From contig CAXXTD010000001.1 of NCBI GenBank assembly GCA_963675615.2, positions 1,229,210-1,261,209 on the forward strand: a stretch of DNA of 32,000 nucleotides. The letters run 5' to 3'. This stretch comes from an uncultured Desulfobacterium sp. Lineage in GTDB: Bacteria > Desulfobacterota > Desulfobacteria > Desulfobacterales > Desulfobacteraceae. Under the pieces are notes generated by a model. The model was not told the origin of the DNA, did no database searches, and worked only from the letters and a program-made list of their open reading frames with translations. Shown here piece by piece: positions 26,860 through 32,000 of this stretch; within the stretch, counting starts at the first letter, position 1; every line of letters begins with the position of its first letter. The position numbers and the translations under genes were made by a program.

Positions 26860-28281
26860 ATGGCCCAAAAAGAGAAAAACAAATGGCTGATCTTTACCTG
26901 TGTGGCCCTGGGGGTCTTCATGTCCACCCTGGACTCGAGCATTGTCAACATTGCCCTGCCCTATATCATGCAGGACATGGGAACAGGGCTTGCGACCATT
27001 CAATGGGTGGTGGTGATCTATCTGCTCACCATCTCCTCGCTGCTGCTCACCTTTGGCCGCCTGAGCGACATTCGGGGCAAACGGATGGTGTACACGGCTG
27101 GATTCCTTATATTTACAGTGGGTTCGTTCCTGTGCGCCATGGCCCGGACCCCCCTCGTTCTCATCATCTCCCGGGCCGTGCAGGCCTGCGGCGCCGCCAT
27201 GCTCATGGCATGCTCGCCGGCCCTGATCGTGGACACCTTTCCGGTCAGGGAGCGGGGCAAGGCCCTGGGCATGGTGGGCGCCGTGGTGGCAGCGGGTCTC
27301 ACGGCAGGTCCGGTGGCGGGCGGAATTCTCCTGGATCTGTTTTCATGGCGGTTCCTCTTCTACATCAACATCCCCATGGGCATTGGTGCAGCCCTGGCCG
27401 GTTTCCTGATCCTCAAAACCAGCCGGGCCGACCACGCCAATCTTGAACCCATGGACAAAACCGGCAGCCTCCTGCAGGGCATCAGCCTGGTCTGCCTGAT
27501 CGTGGTCCTTACCCACCTCAACCAGTGGCCGTTTTTCTCGGCCAGGACCATGGGGTTCCTGCTCCTATTTGCCATGGCCAGCCTGGGATTCATCTGGAAC
27601 GAAACCCGGACCCCCTATCCCCTGTTTGACCCGGCCCTGATAAAAATCCGGCTGTTTGTGCTGCCCGTCATCACCTCGGCCATCATGTTCGGGGCATTGT
27701 TTGTCATCGTATTCATGATGCCCTTTTTCCTGGTTCATCCCTGTGGCCTGTCGGCATCGGCCACGGGACTTGTAATGATCACCCCCTTTGTCCTGCTTTT
27801 CTTTATCAGCCCCCTGTCGGGCGTCCTTTACAACCGGACCGGTTCAAGACTTCCCTGCACCCTGGGAATGACAATTCTGGCCCTGGCCCTGCTTGCATTT
27901 ACCCGGGTCAAGGCATCCTCGGGCATGACCGCCATTGTATGGTGCCTGGCCCTGGCCGGCACGGGCACCGCCCTTTTTATTTCACCCAACAACACTGCAG
28001 CCATGGGAGCTGTTCCAGCCAACCGCCGGGGCATTGCATCGGCTGCCGTGGCAACATCCAGGAACCTGGGAATGGTCATGGGCGTTGCCATTGCAGGATT
28101 GATCTTCACCAGCACTTTTGCCGGTCTCAACCATGGCATTCCCTTTAAAACATACTCATTGGCCGTGGAGCCGTTCTTCATGGCAGGGTTTCACAGGGCC
28201 ATGGCCGCAGGGGCACTCATGGCATTCCTGGGCAGCCTCCTATCGTTTTTACGGGGGGATGACCGGCCCGGCATTCATTGA
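26860..28281 (+). CDS. MFS transporter, DHA2 (EmrB/QacA-like) drug:H+ antiporter type
   Basis: 473 aa and highly hydrophobic, with about 14 predicted helices. MFS motif A-like GRLSDIRGKRMV. Starts 18 nt after the uvrA stop. Confidence 0.88.
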   Translation: MAQKEKNKWLIFTCVALGVFMSTLDSSIVNIALPYIMQDMGTGLATIQWVVVIYLLTISSLLLTFGRLSDIRGKRMVYTAGFLIFTVGSFLCAMARTPLVLIISRAVQACGAAMLMACSPALIVDTFPVRERGKALGMVGAVVAAGLTAGPVAGGILLDLFSWRFLFYINIPMGIGAALAGFLILKTSRADHANLEPMDKTGSLLQGISLVCLIVVLTHLNQWPFFSARTMGFLLLFAMASLGFIWNETRTPYPLFDPALIKIRLFVLPVITSAIMFGALFVIVFMMPFFLVHPCGLSASATGLVMITPFVLLFFISPLSGVLYNRTGSRLPCTLGMTILALALLAFTRVKASSGMTAIVWCLALAGTGTALFISPNNTAAMGAVPANRRGIASAAVATSRNLGMVMGVAIAGLIFTSTFAGLNHGIPFKTYSLAVEPFFMAGFHRAMAAGALMAFLGSLLSFLRGDDRPGIH

Positions 28282-28348
28282 TCCGCCCTTACCTTTACCG
28301 GGCAGATTTACAAAATGACATGTAAACTGACACAGATTGCATTGCTTC

Positions 28349-28371
28349 CCCTATCCACAAAGGGGATAGGG
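28349..28371 (+). other. GC-rich stem-loop downstream of the MFS gene
   Basis: CCCTATCC (28349-28356) pairs with GGATAGGG (28364-28371) around a 7-nt loop. No U-tract follows on either strand, so its role (terminator or protein-binding palindrome) is undetermined. Confidence 0.35.
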
Positions 28372-28431
28372 CCCCCCGGTTCACAACGTATTCGGAGGTG
28401 AATTTCAAATCTTTCTCCCCCTGAATTTACT

Positions 28432-28447
28432 TGGCATAATCTTTGCT
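28432..28447 (+). promoter_or_regulatory. sigma54 (-24/-12) promoter upstream of the YcaO gene
   Basis: TGGCAT(28432-28437)-aatct-TTGCT(28443-28447). The expected start site at about 28457 sits virtually on the first ATG of the ORF (28460). Confidence 0.6.
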
Positions 28448-28486
28448 GACATTACTTTAATGATAAAAAACCAAGGAGACGTATCT

Positions 28487-30199
28487 TTGACAGAAACCCT
28501 GGAATATACCTTAACCCTGACCGACACCCAGCTTGCCACCGGTTTTTTCAAAGCCCTTCCCGCTTTTGAACCCTCCCTGGAACAGGCCCTTGCCCTGCTC
28601 AATGTCCGGCCCATGGACCAGTTTCTCCACCAGCATGCCCTGGACCTCATGGCCGATTCAAACCCGGAGCAGCTGGCGGCGTTCATCACCCGGGCAAAGG
28701 CTGAAAACAACATGGTTTTAAAGGCCCTGGCCTGCGAACAGCTCCTCCTGTCCCACGCCGTTCCAAAGGTAAAACAATTTTTTTCAAGTCAGACCCTTGC
28801 TGAACTGTGCCACCACACCCCCCTGGTGGATATCCGGTCGGCCCTGATGCCCAACCACCGTCTCCACAGGGGCTGGATCAGAATATTCAGGGCCAACATG
28901 GTTGAGCATACCCCCCTTCCCCCCCTGGAAGAAACAGGCCTTCCCCCCATCTGCCAGGGGGAATGCAGGGTCAGCCACCTGCCCCCCACGACCATTGCTG
29001 AACTGGGGCCGGTCAAAGGCAGAGACACCGGCAGCAAGGAGAAATTCACCCTTGAACAGACCGCCCGGACAGCCATGGAACGGCTTGAAAAAGCCGGCGT
29101 CAGGTTCGAGGAGGAGATGCGCCACGAATCAAGCCTGAGCCCGTTTGCCCTGCTCAGGCGATGGCAGTTTTCCACAACCACCACCAACCGCCGGAACCGG
29201 TTCACCCTCCAGGGCCCCCAGACCAGCTATGGCAAGGGCCTCTCCCTTGAGCATGCCAGGGCCTCCCTTGCCATGGAGATGGTAGAACGGTGCTCGGCCT
29301 TTGCCACGATCTCGGACAAGGAGGTGGTGGGGTATGCAACACCCTATCCCCTGACCCGGGCCACATACCAGGAGCTCCTGGACCAGGGGAAAAAAGCGTT
29401 GAATCCCCAAGATTTGGCCCTTGAGGTGAACTACAATGACGAACCCCTCCACTGGATAGAGGGATCAACTCCTGGAACGAACGGCCTGAAACCGGCCATG
29501 GTACCGGTCCAGGCCCTGTTCCTCTTCTGCAACCTGGATGAAACCGCCCTGTTTTCCGGCCTTGGCTCCACGGGGCTGGCTTCGGGTAACACCATGGAAC
29601 AGGCAAAGGTTTCCGCCCTCCTCGAAGTGGTGGAACGCCACCAGGAGGCAACGGTTCCCTTTACCCCGGAAACCTGCTTTAACCTCATTCCCGGCAGCAG
29701 CGGTATCGCATCCCTCATGGACGGATACCGGGCCATGGACATACATCTCCAGTTCCAGGACCTGACACCAAAGTCGGGCATTCCCTGCTGCAAGTGCTTT
29801 GTCAGGGCCAAGGACGGCACCATCCACAAGGGAACCGCAGCCCACCTCAACGCCAGGCAGGCCATTGTCTCTGCCATGACCGAGACCCCCTTTCCCTTTC
29901 CCTCGGGACCGCCGTCGGCACAGGGAATGGCCGATCTCGTGCCGGTGGGGTACGACAACCTGCCCGACTATTCCACCAGCGACCATGGCCAGGATCTATC
30001 TCTGCTGGAAAAACTGCTGCTGGCCAACGGCAAACGACCCTATTATGTTGATCTGACCCGCAGGGACATCGGCCTTCCCGTTGTAAAGGCCCTGATCCCC
30101 GGAATGGATATCCTTGGAGATTTTGACCGGTTTTCAAGGGTTCACCCTGAACTGTTCCAGAACTATCTCGACCAGTTCAGTCGCCCCAACAACCAATGA
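28487..30199 (+). CDS. YcaO-domain protein with an uncharacterised N-terminal extension of about 190 aa
   Basis: The YcaO core spans roughly aa 195-579 of the listed ORF. It carries the two conserved ExxER ATP/Mg-binding motifs (LAMEMVERCS, LLEVVERHQ), STGLASGNTMEQA, and a C-terminal ALIPGMDILGDF. I prefer the start at TTG 28487, 8 nt after AAGGAG (28473-28478). The ORF-track ATG 28460 has no SD and coincides with the predicted sigma54 start site. Confidence 0.85.
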   Translation: MTETLEYTLTLTDTQLATGFFKALPAFEPSLEQALALLNVRPMDQFLHQHALDLMADSNPEQLAAFITRAKAENNMVLKALACEQLLLSHAVPKVKQFFSSQTLAELCHHTPLVDIRSALMPNHRLHRGWIRIFRANMVEHTPLPPLEETGLPPICQGECRVSHLPPTTIAELGPVKGRDTGSKEKFTLEQTARTAMERLEKAGVRFEEEMRHESSLSPFALLRRWQFSTTTTNRRNRFTLQGPQTSYGKGLSLEHARASLAMEMVERCSAFATISDKEVVGYATPYPLTRATYQELLDQGKKALNPQDLALEVNYNDEPLHWIEGSTPGTNGLKPAMVPVQALFLFCNLDETALFSGLGSTGLASGNTMEQAKVSALLEVVERHQEATVPFTPETCFNLIPGSSGIASLMDGYRAMDIHLQFQDLTPKSGIPCCKCFVRAKDGTIHKGTAAHLNARQAIVSAMTETPFPFPSGPPSAQGMADLVPVGYDNLPDYSTSDHGQDLSLLEKLLLANGKRPYYVDLTRRDIGLPVVKALIPGMDILGDFDRFSRVHPELFQNYLDQFSRPNNQ

Positions 30200-30268
30200 C
30201 AAAGGATGCCTGACCTGAAACGATCCACGGTAATCATATGAGGCTCGACACCCTGAAGCGAGTAAAAA

Positions 30269-32000
30269 ATGCAGCGTTTAAAATCCTTCCGGCACCCCAT
30301 TTTAATCGTTATCCTGCTGACCCTGATGACAACGGGGACAGCAATCCCGGATGAGGGTGACACACAGACAGAGAAACAAGCCCAGGAACAACGCACAACC
30401 CTTGATCCAGTACTGGTGACGGCCCGGGGCAGACAGAGCCTGGCCTCTGAAACCCCTGGGGGTGTGGGTGTCGTCGACCATCAAGAAATTTCAGCATTCC
30501 ATCCCCTAAGCCTTACCCATGCCGCTGTCCGCATTCCAGGCGTTGACAAATCATCGGACGCCGCCTGGGGATCGGCCATGACCATCCGGGGGCTTGGGAG
30601 AAACGCCTTGATTTTTCTGGTTGACGGGTGCCGGGTCAACACCTCAACGGACATCAATGCCCGGTTCGGCCTGATCAACCCCCTTGACATCGAGCAGATC
30701 GAGGTGCTCAAGGGGCCCATTTCAGCCCTCTACGGATCGGGCTCCACGGGCGGCGTTGTCAACGTCATCACCCGGACAGGAAAATTCACCCCAATGCCCA
30801 CCTGGAGCGGAGAAATCACCAACACCATTGCCTCCAATCCCCAGGGCAATGATTCCTTTGGACGGGCCACCTACCACAGCAAAAACCTATGGGTTTCTGC
30901 ATCGGCCGGTTTCCGTGATTATGCCTCCTATGAATCCGGCAGCGGTGAAAAGATCGACAACAGCCAGTTCGAGGATTTAAGTCTTAACGCAAGCCTTGGC
31001 CTGCGGGAAAATTCCCTCAACACCACCCGGTTCCAGGTCCAGCACCTCAGGGGCGAAGAGATCGGCATCCCCGGAAAGGGCCTGGCCCTGCCCGTCGGAC
31101 CGGATGTGACCTATCCCGACGTAAACCGAACCCTGATCAATCTCACCCACACCCTTGCCCCGGAAACCCCTTTGATTACAGAGTCAAGCCTCAACCTCTT
31201 TTACCAGAAAATTGAGCGACGGGTGCGCCTGGACCATTTTCCACCAGGGCCAATCTTACAATTAAGACCCCAGGCCGACCATGACACCTGGGGAGTAAAA
31301 TGGCAGAACACCCTCACCCCCGGAAACCACACCCTTGTTGCCGGTGTGGACATCTGGAACTGGGAAATTTCAAACTCAAACCGTTACAGGGAGTTTGCAA
31401 GCGGCCTGACCGGCGTGGACGCCTCTCTTGCCGATGTGGAGCAATTTTCCGGCGGCATGTTCATGGAAGATGAGTGGCAACTGGGTCAAACCGTCAGCCT
31501 CAACCTTGGGGCCCGCATGGACTACATCAGCGCGGACAGCCAGGATCTCTGCAACTGGATCACCCCCCCCACCCCATCCACGCCCATAACAATTGTACAG
31601 TCTGGACAAAGTTACAGCGACACCAGCTGGAACGCCCATGGGGGCGTCACCTGGAAATTCATGCCCGACTGGAACATGACCTTTATCACGGCCTCTGCCT
31701 TCAGGGCCCCGGACCTGATGGAGCGGTTCAAGTATATCAACCTTGGGGGCGGTGTCGAACTGTTCGGCAATCCAGACCTGGACCCGGAACGATCCCTGTT
31801 CCTGGAATACGGGCTCAACCATACCCGTGACAGGTTCACCGTCTCGGCCTCGGCCTATGTCAATTTTCTGGAAGATCTCATCACGGAAACCGTTGTGGAC
31901 GACACCACCCATGCAATGATGAACGTGGACAGGGCAAGGATCCAGGGAGGTGAGATCGACGCAGCCTGCTTCCTCACCCCCATGCTGACCGCAACGGCCA
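30269..32000 (+). CDS. TonB-dependent outer-membrane receptor (5' part; continues beyond the right edge)
   Basis: Absent from the ORF track because no stop falls in the window. Hand translation from ATG 30269 gives a signal peptide MQRLKSFRHPILIVILLTLMTTGTA and a TonB-box-like LDPVLVTARG. Plug motifs follow: IRGLGRNALIFLVDGCRVN and IEQIEVLKGPISALYGSGSTGGVVNVITR. Beta-barrel-like sequence then stays open to position 32000. Confidence 0.9.
   Translation, partial: MQRLKSFRHPILIVILLTLMTTGTAIPDEGDTQTEKQAQEQRTTLDPVLVTARGRQSLASETPGGVGVVDHQEISAFHPLSLTHAAVRIPGVDKSSDAAWGSAMTIRGLGRNALIFLVDGCRVNTSTDINARFGLINPLDIEQIEVLKGPISALYGSGSTGGVVNVITRTGKFTPMPTWSGEITNTIASNPQGNDSFGRATYHSKNLWVSASAGFRDYASYESGSGEKIDNSQFEDLSLNASLGLRENSLNTTRFQVQHLRGEEIGIPGKGLALPVGPDVTYPDVNRTLINLTHTLAPETPLITESSLNLFYQKIERRVRLDHFPPGPILQLRPQADHDTWGVKWQNTLTPGNHTLVAGVDIWNWEISNSNRYREFASGLTGVDASLADVEQFSGGMFMEDEWQLGQTVSLNLGARMDYISADSQDLCNWITPPTPSTPITIVQSGQSYSDTSWNAHGGVTWKFMPDWNMTFITASAFRAPDLMERFKYINLGGGVELFGNPDLDPERSLFLEYGLNHTRDRFTVSASAYVNFLEDLITETVVDDTTHAMMNVDRARIQGGEIDAACFLTPMLTATA

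Noticed and set aside
28315-28401. 28-aa ORF (MTCKLTQIALLPLSTKGIGPPGSQRIRR) upstream of YcaO as a possible precursor peptide
   Set aside because: It has no Shine-Dalgarno sequence and lies upstream of the sigma54 promoter, so it would not be co-transcribed with YcaO. It spans the stem-loop, and its core is not Cys/Ser/Thr-rich. It is worth re-checking only if Ribo-seq data exist.
28455-28470. TTTAATGATAAAAAAC resembling part of a Fur box near the YcaO start site, and TAATCAT at about 30231
   Set aside because: Only about 8 of 19 positions of the GATAATGATAATCATTATC consensus are matched and there is no dyad symmetry. This is insufficient to call iron regulation.
30206-30354. Tiny ORFs between YcaO and the receptor: an 11-aa MPDLKRSTVII at 30206-30241 and a 38-aa ORF from 30238
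   Set aside because: The 11-aa ORF has no spacing between its AGG and the ATG. The 38-aa ORF overlaps, out of frame, the receptor's signal-peptide region, which is clearly the real frame.
1-32000. Scan for CRISPR arrays, tRNA/rRNA genes, IS elements, integrases and toxin-antitoxin pairs
   Set aside because: I noticed no regularly spaced direct repeats beyond the two short arrays reported. I also saw no cloverleaf-like sequences and no transposase or integrase-like translations on either strand. A computational scan (tRNAscan-SE, Infernal/Rfam, ISfinder) would be needed to exclude small elements.

Overview
32-kb chromosomal window of about 55-60% GC. Gene content and heavy sigma54 use suggest a Desulfobacterota/deltaproteobacterial genome, but this is an unverified inference. 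I can support 23 apparently intact protein genes plus 2 damaged ones.

Left to right:
- MBL-fold hydrolase (partial, found by hand because it runs off the left edge), YchF-type ATPase, TIGR00266/AIM24-family protein, Cache-HAMP methyl-accepting chemotaxis protein.
- One long minus-strand block: 125-aa orphan, dusB, 157-aa orphan, KBL-like alpha-oxoamine synthase, RNase H-like exonuclease, B12-binding radical SAM enzyme, then a short Rho and a carbon-nitrogen hydrolase.
- HAD phosphatase and ATP-grasp enzyme (ATGA-coupled), then a membrane-anchored strictosidine-synthase-like protein.
- Long-form pta interrupted by a 1-nt frameshift.
- A histidine kinase / lipoprotein / sigma54 response-regulator operon, divergent from an orphan processive family-2 glycosyltransferase.
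- An alpha/beta-hydrolase relic, uvrA, a DHA2-type MFS transporter, an N-terminally extended YcaO protein, and a TonB-dependent receptor (partial, also found by hand).

I saw no rRNA, tRNA, CRISPR array, transposase or integrase.

Most notable result: three intergenic sites have the identical sigma54 core TGGCAT-N5-TTGCT. Each is correctly oriented upstream of a gene: pta, the glycosyltransferase, and YcaO plus the TonB-dependent receptor. They sit around the only sigma54 activator gene in the window.

Best candidates for an undescribed system:
1. The sigma54-driven orphan YcaO/TonB-receptor module, which has no recognisable partner enzyme or precursor gene.
2. The translationally coupled KBL-like / exonuclease / B12-radical-SAM operon.

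All family assignments come from motifs read in the translations. No database search was run.
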